The position numbers and the translations under genes are program-made. The notes below the pieces were generated by a model, which ran no database searches, was not told where the DNA came from, and worked only from the letters and a program-made list of their open reading frames with translations. Below are positions 1 to 13,642 of a stretch of 35,224 nt of DNA, piece after piece. Position 1 is the stretch's first letter. The number at the start of each line of letters is the position of its first letter. The DNA comes from Kipferlia bialata (Eukaryota). The stretch is from positions 1 to 35,224 of the forward strand of contig BDIP01000060.1 in the NCBI GenBank assembly GCA_003568945.1. The letters are read 5' to 3'.

Positions 1-15
1 CCAGACCCCCACATT

Positions 16-17
<2 letters not shown>

Positions 18-46
<29 letters not shown>

Positions 47-52
47 GCCCCT
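18..52. repeat. Poly-C tract (low complexity, possibly poor-quality sequence)
   Basis: Near-pure C run at the window start. Confidence 0.85.
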
Positions 53-177
53 TCTTCTCTCTACTGCCCTGGTACCACCTCAACACGATGTTTTTGGTAC
101 TACACCCTTTGGAGTTTTTGTCTCTACACCCTTTCTTTGGTTCATTCACTTAAGATGAGTGACTAATCTCACCCCAG

Positions 178-3100
178 TGTAAGTTCCCCAGCGCTTGGAG
201 GGACTATGTATCTGAGGCTGACCAGTGCCATCCCTTCATGTCAAAGAGGGACGGCCACCCCAACAGGTATTGACATACAAATTCTATTCCATGCTTTGTG
301 GGACAGTACGTCTTCCTTTGGTTCTACCTCCCTTCCCTTTTACTCACTCAGGTACATGCACCTGAAGCAGGCAGACATCTACTTGGGCTCTGTCAACAAA
401 CCCTCCACGTGGGCTCCTAAGCATGGTACAGGCGTCAGCAACGAGAGAGTAGCTGTGCTGGTGGCCACTGCCATGAGGTATGGTGACATATACTGATGTC
501 GGCCAGGACTCTATAAGGAGGAATCTACTTGCTTCACAGTGTACCCCAATGAGGTGTGATTTCAACGTTCCAGCACCTATCGTCTTACCTCAGGTGGTTC
601 TCCGACAGACGTGGACTGCGTGCCTGTATCAAGAGGCTGACCAAGAACAACGGCTACTTCACCTGTCCCTCCACCAGACCCGTCTTCCCACCCCCTCTCC
701 CCGGCATCCACGAGCACTACTCCATCTCGGATGCGTGTAGGGGTCTGGACATGGAGGGTGTGCCTGGAGCAGTGGCCAGAGCAGGGGTGTACCAGGGCTT
801 TGAGGCAGCGGACCTCTTTGCCGCCGAGACACTACCTACATGTGACGCATATACTGCGATTGCGCTCTCAGACCGCAACACTCTCGCTGGTCTCTCTAGT
901 GTGTCAGCCTGTGGCCTCGCACTCTACGTCACTGTGGCGAACAGCAGGCGGCACTGGGGAAGCCAGTCGTATCTACTCGATGAGGTACTTTGACTTCTAT
1001 GTTCTCTATACACCTTGCTGTGTGCTGTCCATCCATACTTACGATTCAGGTCTCCAGGATGGTGTCCCTGCCTCGACTGGGTGAGATTCCAGACGACACT
1101 GCCACTGCCCTTGGTCTCCTTGTCGTCAAGTCCCGGCCTACCAGTACTCAGTCAATTCAAGTACTATCTGGACTCGTCAGTGTCGTGCCTGCATCATTCT
1201 GGTCTCCAATCATAGAGGTATATATCCTACTATTACACTGCTCCAGATATGATGCGTATTCACCCCATCACCAATCCCTTGCGTATTCTCCCTGGTGCAC
1301 AACTAACCCCAGCATTGGAGTAGCTGTGGGAGGGCCGCTGTTAACGCAGGGTTCTCCTTCGTGTCCTCCCTCCCTACTGCCGTGCATCCTGGCGAGTGTG
1401 CAGCCATTCTCGACATAGCAAGCAGATGTACCCTCTTTAGCCCTGGCTGGTCTCTCTCCCAGGTCCTCCAGAGACCAGCTCTCTGGGAAAGGTCGGGTGG
1501 CAGGATCCTACTCGATAGAATCCACTCGGTGCACGAGCTGACTCGCCTCAAGGAGAGGGTACCACTATCTCTGCTGGTGAGGCAGTCAGTGGAACCCACC
1601 AGCGTGCTTGGGCCCCTCTCCCGGCTCCTCACTGCTCTGAACCTGGGTAGTAGTGTGCCTGTCTTCACTGCCGCACTCGAGAGGCTGGCAGAGGCATCCT
1701 CCCTGCTACGTACTCTTCAGACCGAGCACCACGAGATAGCCTTACTTGGCGGTGTCTTCGCAGAGCCCCTTAAGGAGTGCGTCGACTCTCTCCAGGCTGC
1801 CCTAGTGCGGGCCCCTACGACCTCTGTAGTGGATGTACCCTCTCTGCTGGCCAGGACTCTCGAGCAGCTACGTGTTGTTGGTGAGTGTGCTGGGTCTCCT
1901 CTGTTCAGATACCTGATGGCACACCCTCAGCAGATAGGGATTGGCATACCTCCTGAAGTAGATGATGATGGTGTAGAGACCCCCGAAACTGAGGGCAGCA
2001 TTCCAGATGAGGGGGAGGAGGAAGACGCCACCCTAGAGGTACAGCCAGAGCCACTGCTACCTCCACCCCCAGTGCCTGTCGTTGACGACCTCGTAGCTGT
2101 AGCCACTTGCGTCCAGGACGCCAACACCTCTCTCTTGAGCCGTGGTGTCGACACCAAGACCGCAGATATGCTGGCGAGAGTGCCTCTGTATACACTGGAG
2201 AGGCACGTGGACGCCATCTGCCCCAACACTAGGAGGGGTGTCGCAGACGCTGCTGACACCAAGGTGTATGTGCGGATCATCACCGCTATGCCGGTTCTCA
2301 GGCCCTTTGCCACGGCTCTACAGGAGACCATGAAGTGCGCTGGCAACCCTCTCTCCGACACCGACAAGGCCAGTGTGGATGGCATCATCGACCAGATCCA
2401 GGCCTTCCAGGAGGGCGGCATGACTCTGCCTCGTGGGCTGTCTACCCCTGTAGCCTCACACCTAGCAGCACTCTGCCGCACGCCAGAGAGCCTGGCCTTC
2501 TATCAGTGTGCGGCAGGCCCTGCCAAGCTGGGTATGGCCTTTGCAGCAGCACAGTCCGACTCTACGTCGCACCTTCTCAACCCACGGAGCAACAGGGGAG
2601 CCATCGTCCCCATCAAAGTCGTCTCTGACTTTACGTGGCTGATTGCAGACGCCGCGTCCCCCATGTTTCTCCTCAAGAGTGACAGGCCTCTGGAGGAGAA
2701 GCTGCAGCAGTTGGCTGGCATTGACTACGGGAAGAGCAGAGAGAACCTGGTGTCTGTGGACCAGAACCACGAGAACCTGAAGAAGTTCATTCTTGCTAGC
2801 CAGGGGTCTGGCCAGGAGGGGCTGAACTACGATGCTGGCTTCATTCTCAAGCAGGGGTGAGTATATGCACTATATACTCTATTCTGTTGATGCAGTGTTG
2901 TGACTAGTGACTATCCATCTGTTATGGTTCTATGAAGACACCAAGACTAATCATCCATTGACCTTCAGCTTTGTCATGACACTGAGTGGGGAGGGGCCTC
3001 AGATCACTGTCGGCAAGGACAAGACAGCGCAGAAGTGGGACGTGCATGACCTACAGTTGCTGAAGAACCAGGTACTTTTCCTATGAGACCACACATATTC

Positions 3101-6100
3101 ATTCAGAGTGTAGTATTTGTGTGTCATGCCGAACGTTAACCTCAGATCATCTTCAGTACCAGTGACGACCCTGCGCCCAAGCTGTTGGTCCTGCTCTTAA
3201 GTACGTGTCATATGTAGCTAGCATCTATATATATGATACATAAGACCATCATATTGACTCTTACCATCAGGGACTGCCCAAGAGATATGCGCTAAGGAGG
3301 CCAGCACCCTGCAGTCTCTCACGGGACACGATGTCACTAGGAGTGTGCAGTTCGCTCCCTGTGAGGCAGACGAGGCCCTGGCAGAGGGTATGCTGCAACA
3401 ACTGAAGGAGGTGCGAGGGTTGATAGCAGACGAGATCGCTAACCAGAGCCTGATCGCTCAAGAAGTGCGTAGGGATGAGACTTGTGCCTATATGACCACC
3501 AGAGACATACTCTCCCAGGAGACAGAGATGGGGAGGAGGATCCACACTCTGCACTTTGCAGATATCGAGAGGTTTCAAGTCAACCCAATCAGCAACCCTG
3601 TCCCGCTGAAGGCCTCTACTGTCAGCTCTGTAAAGGTCACGGCCAGTACCGTTCTCGACACTGTCCAGGCCCTCTGCCGATCAGCACAGAGGCCTGTTCT
3701 CAGTGTGCGTAACGTGCACCTTGGCAGCGCCGAGTCCACTATCGAGGACATCAAGGCCCTTGTCGCTCATGCGGCTGCCTTTCCCAATGTGTGTCATGTG
3801 GTGGCCCTACCATGTCAGATGCCACAGGGTGTCCAGGCCCAGATGCGGCAGTACCTTCTTGGTACTGAGGCCCCACTGCCTAACAGCTTTGGACCCATTG
3901 TCCTCTGTGACGTGACAGGTAGTACGGCCACTTCGTTCCCTGCCCTTGTAGTGGATAGGGCCTGTATTGACAGCCTTGTCCCTCTCAAGGCGGCAGAGGC
4001 CAAGATCAGACCTGCATTCCTGGTCACCAGTGCCCAGGCCGGCCAGGGCAAGACCACACTTGCCATGCAGCACCTAGGCCCAGACCCCCTCCACCTACAC
4101 GTCTCTGGCCCTGCCAAGTACTCCACGCTCTGTCAGTCGATAGCAAGACAGCTACCTGACTCGACCGCTGGCGTTGATCTCCACATCGATGTTGGTAGGC
4201 CACTGGGAGACGGAAAGTATACCTCAGGGCAGTGGGTAGCAGAGAGTGCTGTGTTCTCCCTACGCTGGCTGGGTGGCCTAAGGGGACCAGGTATAGTGGT
4301 GCCTACTCCTCTGAGACTAGCAGTAGAGGTGGCCTCCGACATATACCCCCAGGCCGCTGTCTACTCAGGCATTATGGGATGCCCGGCAACAGAGCTTAGG
4401 TTTCCAACTACCTGCAGTCAGTTTGTAGCGGAGTACCGAGTGACAGAGGCGTCAGCACAGGCATATGAAGCTGCGTGTGCACTATATATCCTAGCCCACA
4501 ACAAGGATAAGAAGGTTATGGGTGCCGACCAGAAGGACGAGGAGGACGCCCCTTGTGACGTCTCAGCTCTGGTACACTCCCTACACCCTGCAAGTGGCAG
4601 CGACCCAACCCCTGTCCTTAAGTACGCCTATGAGCAGATAAGCAAGGGTAGTGACAGCCTGTCGTGGTCGGCGGTCACTGGCGTCCTGGTCTGTCTTCAC
4701 CCAACACTGATGCGTCTCGGGCGGTGTCCCCATATTAATGAGTTGGGGGACAATGTTGCCGAAGACCGGGACGCTTTGGCCGCTAGGGCTGAGGTAGTTA
4801 CCAGGGCTGTTGACTTTGCCAAGCAGTACCATGTCAAGGCAGTCTCCCAGAGTGTACAGTGTCAACGGACAGTGATTGAGAACGGCACCAGGGAGACTGG
4901 TGCTGTAAAGGAGGTCCAGAACGAGCATCAGGTCGGTTATGCCAATCTCAAGTCCACCTACATCACTCTGGATGCCGGTGACGGTCTTCTTGTGTTCAGT
5001 AACTCTGGATTTGAGTGGCCACCTGCCTTCAAGGCACTTCTGAAGCAAAGGGGCGCCAAGCCATCGACAACTGACAAGTTGACATCCGCTCAGCGGAAGG
5101 TTCTGATGGCCGAGTACTGTATCGGACCTGATGCTGCCAACAAGTGCGCTGGGTTCCAGTCGAGCGTAGCAGGGTTCGAGTACCGTTCCGATGCCGCTTT
5201 CAAGATGAGTATGCTCCACGCTAGAGTGTCCCAGGGTCTCCCTGTTGTCCTGATAGGTGACGGTGGCACAGGCAAGACAGCACTTGTCACCACCTATCTA
5301 GAGATGAGGGCGGCTCTCTCTGCTGAGGGTACCTTCGAGTACAAGGCATCCACCGTCAATGCTGCCACCTCTGAGACCGATATTGAGGCACTGTTCTCAG
5401 CTGCTTGTGCGAAAGCGGCAGAGGAGCACTTAGCCGACTACCAGTATGTTCTCTTCTTCGATGAGATCAACGCCTCTCCCCACAGTACAGAGATCATGGC
5501 AGGCGTACTCTCTGGGAAGTTCAGGGGGACCTCACTACCCCCATGCGTTAGCGTCGTTATGGCCGTCAACCCCCTCCGCACCTGCCACAAGGAGAATGCT
5601 ATGCTGCGTAGCATGACGCACAAGGTCCCCTACGTGTTCAGAGTCAACCCTATGCCTGAGTCTATGCTGCAGTGCATGATAGACTTCGGGGGTCTTGCTG
5701 CTGAGGTAGGACTGATGGACGTCAGTATGTGATACATAGTACACTGCATACTCTCCAAACTCTGCTCATATCCAGGACGAGAAGGACTATGTCCTCGAGA
5801 TGCTGAAGACCGCTGCAGCTGCTAACCCCACTCTTGGTATTGACGACCGCCTCATTCAGAAGGTGGTAGCCACACATCAGGCTGCCAAGGAGAAGTCCAG
5901 AGGATACTCGTTCTCTGTCTCCCTCAGGTAGGTGCCCCCATAATACATATATCTTTTGATTGTCCTTAATCTCAGGGATATCAACAGATTCGTCAGCCTC
6001 CTGAAGGTTGCTAGAGTGGTCTTTGCCCCAATGGTCGAGGACAGGAGAGGAAGTGCCTCTGAAGTCGAGGCATTTGTTCTACACCTCACCTATGTGCTCC

Positions 6101-9100
6101 GCATTCCTGATCCGGCTAGCAGGCGTGGAGTAGTGTCTAAGATAGGTGGAGAGACAGGGGTGGGTCTGTGTCAGGCAGAGTGTATGGGCTGGCTGGATGA
6201 GGCAGCAGGAGCCGGCAAGACATCTGACGTCACTGGTATGGTTGTCGCTAGAAACAGAGCCTACTCTGAGAACGCCCCTGCCCTACTGATGTGTATATGG
6301 GCCAAGGTATTGATAGTGTGCACAACCATACATACATATTACATCTCCCGATACTGTCACTGACCCAGGTTCCGATCATCATCATTGGAGAGCCCGGTAC
6401 CTCCAAGTCCCTAGCCTTGAGGGTCTGCTATGAGTTCCTAGCGTCCGCCAAGAGCCACGAGGTCTTCCCCACCAGGGTATTGGAGACAGTCTATCAGGGC
6501 ACCACACAGAGTACCTCAAGTGGTGTACAGAGAGTGCACAGAGAGGTGCTGGCCAACGTTCCCAAGGTACTGTAGTGGTCTGTATCGCCACCTCTATTGC
6601 GTGACTAATGTGTGCACTTACCTCCAGGATGGGTCATCAAAGATCACTTCCATGTTCGTCTTTGATGAGCTTGGCCGTGCTGCCCAGGCCCCAGGCAACC
6701 CCCTCAAGGCTCTGCACTCTATCCTGGAGCCACACGGTGGCCAAGAGAACCTGACATTTGCCTTTGTAGGACTCTCCAACCACAGCGTAGACTCTGCACC
6801 CACATCCAGGGCACTGGTGGTATACAGGTAGGACCATGTATTAGGAAGGGTCCTGCTTGTCTTACAAGTAGTGTATATCAACTGTGGGCTGTAGTGTTAG
6901 ACTCCATTTACAACCAGGCTCGGGACCAATGATGGTCTCGCAACCACTGTACGTGACATTCTGCACAAGCGTGTCACCACCCACCAAGCGGAAGCACTGG
7001 CTTCGGCACATAACGCCTTGGTAGCCAAAATGAACACAGAACTGGAGAAAGGTGTCGGCAAGTCATATTTTGGACTCAGGTAGGGTGTGACGATTGTATA
7101 GTGTTCTTTTGTGGTGCTGATCTTCACTGACCTTCAGAGACGTCTTCTTCCTTGCCCACCGTGCTCTCTCTGAGGGTAACGTTGGTATAGGCGACCCCCA
7201 GACTAGGGCTGCCACCCTTGTCGCCAGGTGCTACAGCATAGGATACGCCAGCGAGAACACCCGCCTCTGCCAGCAGATGGTCGATGCCACTCACAGCATA
7301 TTGGCAAGCCTAAACCAGGAAGCTGAGTGTGGCCCCCCCAAGCCCCGTCTAACCTGGAGGGGATGGGGTAGGTACGCGGGTTACAGGCGCAGGGCAGATA
7401 CTGACAGGTGCACAGCCTACCAGGCTCTCAAGGACGCCTTGCAGGACACCCATGAGTGTGCTAGGTGGGTAGTATATTCGTGGATAGGGGTTCGACCTCC
7501 ACTCTGTTTGCAGAAGGAGCTAAGTGTGTTGGCTACCGCTCTATAGATGAGCAATGTACTGTTGACCTCAGGTACCTCCTTGTGCAGACTGAGTCCCCTG
7601 AGTTGATAGTAGACACTATCCTGAAGGAGGGTAGAGACCTGCTGGGTGCAGATAGGGGTATCGAGGTTCTGAGTGGGTCGCACTTCAGGGGAGACTCTGA
7701 CGTCGCTACCTCCATTCAGACCCTCTCTGCCCTCATTGAGGGAGCAAGAACCGGCAAGTGAGTTCAATACGTGTATAACTACATAATAGTTTCAATGATG
7801 TTGCTAATGTTCAGGCTAGTTGTACTGCTCCACCAGCAGCGTGTGCTAGACTGTCTGTACGATATGCTCAACAAGAACTATGCCCGTTTCAGCAACGGTG
7901 GCGTGACAACCATGAGATGCAGGTTCGAATCCCTCCCTCTCTCTCTTTCGATACATATCTGCCAGCATCTAACATTCAGGGTATCCCTCGGTAACTGTGC
8001 CGACAGCTTCGTTCCAGTCGCCCCTACCTTTAAGCTTGTCATCTGTCTGTCTGCCACTGAGGTAGCTGCAGAGGAGCCTGCTCTACTGCAGAGACTGGAG
8101 AAGGTCAGGCTGGACATACAGGATATGGGGTCTGTCGCAGAGGGAGCCAAGGCACTGCTGCAGCAGCCATCCAACTCCAAGGCTCTTCGGGAGGTAGTCA
8201 AGGCGGTGCCGAGACTGGGGTCTCTAGCAGAGGTGCACGATGGTTTGCTTTGGCTGCACTCCACAGATGGACAGACAGGGGAGGAGACTAACGGTCACAC
8301 TGCCAGTATCCTTGAGCTGGGCGCCTACTTAGTGTCACCCACCTTGCTCCTCACCCACACCCTTCGTGCCGCAGAGATGCGTTCCGGTCATAGACAGAGC
8401 AGGTCTCCACTCCTTGATGGATCTATGTTCCATGGGTGCGTGGACGTCCTGGACTTTGTCCAGAAGCTGCTGAGGGAGAGAAATGGGGGTGCCTTTACCC
8501 TAGGTGGCGTGCCCGTTGCCCTCTATCGCAGTGGTGTTGGCAGCATAGGGGGATCTGTCGACAACCTTGTTGATGCCGCAAGGGCAGCAGGGATATCCGT
8601 GACCCCACTTGTCGTGTCTGTCTATGAGAAGCAGAAGGACTTCAAGAACGCCGTTGCGCAGGTACCCCAGGGTGATGTCGTGCTGTGCCACTTGGGTTCT
8701 ATGACAGAGTTCATACCCCAGTGCCAGTCCATTTTGATGAAGAGAGAGGGACTGAGTGTGATAGCTGTCGATAACACCACTGATACCAACTCTATCAGGG
8801 TTGGTGTTGCCTCAGGAGTGTGTGTGGTGGACTGCCTGATCAAGCCCCAGCACCTACCCATTGAGTTCAACCCGATGCCGGTGTTGACTCTCTCCCTCAC
8901 GGACACGCCTACTGCTGCCGCAGATCATGCTGATCTACAGCTGAAGGGTCTCATAGAGGTATCTCTACAGAGAGGCCTACACGCTGCGCTATCTACAGTG
9001 GCGGCAGGAGGTGATGTAAAGCTGAGTCCAGAGAGGGCTAGAGACCTCTCGAGGTTTGTGTCCAGCCACGCTGACAAGCTGGCGTCTCTCTCCCTCAACC

Positions 9101-12100
9101 ATGTGAAGGCTCAGCTGCTGGCGCGGTACGGCTCTAGAGGTATCCTCAGTTCAACAACACTGGGTCTATACACCTCAGTGGTGCAGGCCACTGACGAAGT
9201 GCTGATGGCCGCTACCTGTGAGGCTCTGGTTCCTGTTCTGAGGCTCCTTGCCTGCCGGGGTCTTCTTGACGGGTACCTGGATGAGGACCCAGCCTCAGAC
9301 GCAGCACAAGGCTACGCTGCTGCGGTACTGGCACAGATAGGAGGGCTGACTGTGAGGGAGTACCATGGCGAGATAGTCAGGCACCCACAAGACATGGCAG
9401 ATGTGACAGCTGAGCAGATACGTGCGGCACACTTCCAAGAGGCAGAGACACGTCACACACTGGCACCACTTGTCGAGTGCGACATGTCAACCACACCAAC
9501 ACTGCTGATACACGCTGTTAGGACTACTCTCCTTGGGTCTCTCAACCTGCCAGAGAACATTGCTTCCCTCACTGACGCTGTGCAGTACACTGTCAGTGTA
9601 GCAGTGGAGGCACTCGCAGAGAGCTACCAGGAGGAGGTTTCCAGGGACGCACTCCTAGTCCTCTGCAAGGTGGCTCTCTCACAGCTCTCCCTTGCTGCAC
9701 TAAGGGTGTCCTCTCATGGGCTCTCTGGTGCAGTCAGTGCTGCTAGTCATGCACTGGAGGGCATGTCCCAAGACGCAGATGCATTTGGGTGTCTGTCACA
9801 GATGCTGGTCAGTGGCATAACCTACATGGGCTGTGAGTACTCCAGATTCGACCACACTACTCCTTCTGGGGCCATGGCACTTAGTACGTCACCTGCGGAG
9901 CTAAACGATGCGGTGGTGAGGTCTCTACCCGATGCCACTCTGAGTCAGCGCCTAGCCTTCATGCCAATCGGTGAGGTTGGTGATGAGAGCTACATGAGTG
10001 TGTGTGCCACAACATCCCCCGAGAGTTCTGACACTGCCGCCTGTCATGTCTTCACAGCCAGACTATGTGGGGAGGTTGGTGTGCGGAGTCTCCTGTCGGA
10101 TATCAGAGTGGTTGATGCTGGGCTGTCTGTCATGATTACCCATCACGCAGAGCAGGTGATCAGTACCGACACCACAGTGCTACTTGGTGCTGGAACCACC
10201 CACAATGACATCCTGTCTCGTGTTGCTGGTGTCCTGCTAGGAAACACACTCACAGTTGGATGGTCAGTGGCAGCTGCAGTGTTTAGAGTCATTGCTAAGC
10301 AGGCCAGTAGTGACACGGGGAGTGACCTACCTGCAGCAGCCCTAGCCACACTCTTCAACTCTAGCAGACTGTGTCAGATGGCATTTGTATGGCACTGCAG
10401 ACAGGGGAGAGAGAACGACACAGAGTGGGTGGAGACACGGGTAACGGCAGTGCTTGGGGAAGTTGTTGCATCCACTATCTTTGTCGGTAGCTATGTGGAG
10501 AGGTACCCTCTAACAGGGCTTGTTGACTGGGCCTTGCACTCTAGGCCTGCATTTGGGATAGGGTCTACCGGGGTAGACAACCCTGTGGCGCTCTTCAGGA
10601 GACAACTTGTCACAGCTACGAGCAGCGGAGACACCAACACAGGTCCTGATGATCTCACTGCACTTCATGACGATATAGGTCTTGAGGGTATTGCCCTCAT
10701 AGGTGAATTGGCAGGTTGGGACACTACAGCACCCGGCAGTCTAGTACATGCTGTATCAAGCAACCCCTCCAACCACCTGTTGCCCTTCGAGTGGCTGAAG
10801 GCTGAGTATGCCTTCTTTGCCACTGCATATAAGGAGGTGTCGGGGTCCTCTATCTATCTCTGGCGCTGCCCATGTGGGGGTATCCTGTTTGTAGGGGACT
10901 GTGGAAGAAACTCACACAACGTAGCTGGTGGCTTTGGGTTCCGAAAGTGTGACAGGTGCAACGTCAACCAAGCTGAGGCAACGTGTACAAGAGTGGCTCA
11001 CGGAACAGCACCTAGTGCCACTCGTGTAGCCAACAGTGTCTTCTACACGGGTGTGGAGAGAGGTTTCGTTGCCAACAAAGACACGGTGCCGCCTTGCGAT
11101 GGATCATTCGCGTTCACCTCCCACATGCGATCACACGTCCAGGAGACCATCTTCGTCAGATGTGTGCTGGCGGCTCTGCACCTCAAGGAGAGGTTACGGA
11201 GTGGGACCCTTGGGGCCCTCTCCGAGGAGGAAAGAGAGGTACTGGTGGGGCGTGTCAACATGGGTGTCGCTAGGATTGGAGACAAGCTTCTACCTCTTGT
11301 CAGGCGCACTGCTGACACCATACTGGGTCTGCCTGCCACAACTGATGTGTGTGCCAGGTTTGCCCAGGAGACAAGGCTGTGTCAGACCCTTCGGCTCTCA
11401 GATGCAGCAGCCCCCGTACACCCACCTGCTGCAGATACTGATGCCCCTGCGTTCCCTCTCACTGCCGCCCATGCAGTTTCTGCTGGCCTTGACACCAAGT
11501 ACGTATCACTACTGCAGCCCCAGACCCCAGCTCAGATAGTGCTGGGTGAGGCCTCTGCCGCACACAGAGGGGGACGGTACATGGAGACACAGGAGCAGGC
11601 TGCGGCGTGGTGTGAGGCCCTTCGTGTACTGCCACAGGTGCTCTCTCTTCCTAGGGTGGTGTTCCAGCCACTGAGGTACACCGCTCTCACTGCCTCACAG
11701 GCGGTGCTGGACCAGCCTCTACAGTCTGTGCTTCACAGCGTTGGGGCTGATGTGCCTGCTGCAAAGACAGCAGTGGATGCATGGAACACAGTGTCTCTCG
11801 CCTTCTTCACAGAGCACTTCCCATTCGTCGATGACTGTCATTCTGTGGAACTGAGAGATATCGACTGGGATGACATTAGCTTTGGAGAGTTTATGGCCTT
11901 TTGCTCTGACTGCGCCATCCCGGCTCAGGACCCGACTACCGACCAACCTACACGTACCACTGTCAGCAGTGTACTACGTGAGATGGTTCGTGTGCACAAT
12001 GCCATTGCACAGGCTATTGTACAGGAACTCGGTATCCAGGGAGTGACCCTGGAGACTGTCGGTGTGTCTGGATTCTCCATCCGCAACACCCCCTCAGTAC

Positions 12101-12870
12101 TGGATGTGTACTCGTTGGATGGAGTACCAGCCCTCTCCCGTGAGGCATCGGTGCTACTCTCCGGCACCCGTGTTCTGTCTGCCCTCCCCTCGCTTGTTCT
12201 CATAGATGATGCAGAAGCAGCCCTGGAGATCAAGAGGTCAGGGGGCACTGGCAGCCTGCAGTGGGTACAGAACTATGAGGGGTATGATGACATCCCACGG
12301 CATGTGCCTTTCCTCCGGTGCGAGGAGAGCATAGATGCCATGCCAGTGGAATCCATAGGAAGGGCTGTTGCCGCTTGTTCTGCGGTGCAGGATGCCGTGT
12401 CTACCCTAGCTAGCCCTGAGGACGGATCAACATCTCTGAGGGCGTTCCTGGAGAGATGGGGAGTGTCACAGCATGTCACAGTACTGAGTGAGCACAACCT
12501 CTTGGGAGTGGAGGTACGGCAGGTACTGAGACTGACGTACGCCCTACAGGTCCGGCTAGGGTGGGAGAGCATCAGTACCAGGATTATGGAGGGAGTGAGA
12601 GCCAGGAGGCAATGGTCTCTCTCTGCCTCTCAGGCGGCAACTGTGGGTGCTCTCACAAGGGATGAGAGGGAGAGACTAGAGGGCATGGTCAAGGTGGTGT
12701 CACACCGCATGGACAGGAAAGAGATCCACAAGGGAATGCCTGGCCCTAGTGACACATACTGCACTACATACGAGCAGACAGAGGCGGGCGAGGCAGTGTG
12801 TGGGGTCCTTGATTCAGTATCTGTAATCGCACTAGTCATGCACTTTACTGGGATAGAGGGAGTGTATTAG
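178..12870 (+). CDS. RNF213-like: RNF213/mysterin-like giant AAA+ ATPase / E3 ligase with RZ-type zinc finger; 5'-partial, >=3821 aa
   Basis: Phase-consistent GT-AG exons: 178-266, 352-477, 594-984, 1050-1217, 1313-2856, 2969-3071, 3146-3200, 3271-5705, 5776-5927, 5976-6306, 6369-6566, 6628-6827, 6918-7079, 7138-7464, 7572-7757, 7815-7922, 7980-12870 (11,466 nt, a multiple of 3). Motifs occur in RNF213 order: AGQGKT, GDGGTGKT/LFFDEIN, FRVNPMPESM..DFGGL, VSLRD, GEPGTSKSLA/FDELG, YFGLRD, RYLL, CLYDMLNKNY, then an RZ-like CPCGGILFVGDCG..CDRC. No start codon is identifiable. Confidence 0.88.
10852..10990 (+). other. RZ (RNF213-ZNFX1) finger-like motif within the RNF213-like CDS
   Basis: IYLWRCPCGGILFVGDCGRNSHNVAGGFGFRKCDRC resembles the RZ pattern CPNGH-x3-G[ED]CG-xn-CxxC and lies in the C-terminal E3 region. 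Confidence 0.75.
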
Positions 12871-13642
12871 GTGCTAGACCAACGTTAGTTTGGACAGAAG
12901 AGATATCTGTAAATAATAGATAATATCTATAATAGACTATTATGGTCTGGGGGCAGGCATGGGTGAGATGAATAGATACATAATTATTGAACGTCGATAG
13001 AGAGGTGTATATGCAAAAGAAGACAGGTCACGAGGCCAGAGTATATATTCTCACTAGACAATTTGTGTCTAATAGTGTATCAAACTATAGTCTCTGCATG
13101 GGTGTTACGAGGATAATGCAGCACTGTGCCCTCACTAAGAGGATACATGAGGCAGCTAATCGCAAACCTTCAGCACTGGCTCCAGCTGTCCGCCACTGAA
13201 TCATACTCAGTATACTCCACTAAGAAGAAGGATTGCTACGCCAGGACTGTCTGAAATGACCCTCGTGGTGCTTGAGATTCGTCAGACCCGCAGTGTCCAC
13301 CATATTCGCCCGAAATAAGGTGAGAGACAAGGATCCTGGTGCCACTTGCAATGAGCTGACCTGCGAATAAGGATCTTTAGTGGGTCCATGTCTCACTCGA
13401 AGCAGCAGAGCCAGAGAGAGAGAGAGAGACGATTCATTGGAGCGAACCCTTTCTAGCCATGGAAGACGAGTATACCAGGTGGGCATGCCTTCGCAGGGTT
13501 GTTGGTGCCTATGATGTGCACATGTCCACGTACTTCTGACATAGACACCTGACCAGTCTGAGGCAGACTTTGTGTAAGACTCTAGGAAGACCCATCTATA
13601 CAGAGAGTGAGGAGCATCCTTTCTTACCGGCATGATGTGCCC

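Noticed and set aside
7372..7407. Possible 36-nt in-frame intron (gtacgc...ctgacag) in the RNF213-like gene
   Set aside because: The frame is open with or without it; undecidable without RNA data, so it was left in the exon.
1905..12839. Many antisense and alternate-frame ORFs overlapping the RNF213-like gene (likewise within 22000-31240)
   Set aside because: Shadow ORFs of GC-rich coding sequence.
13220..13633. 137-aa minus-strand ORF downstream of the Kelch stop
   Set aside because: No recognisable motif, it crosses a microsatellite, and it has no kinesin motifs that would make it the missing kinesin part.
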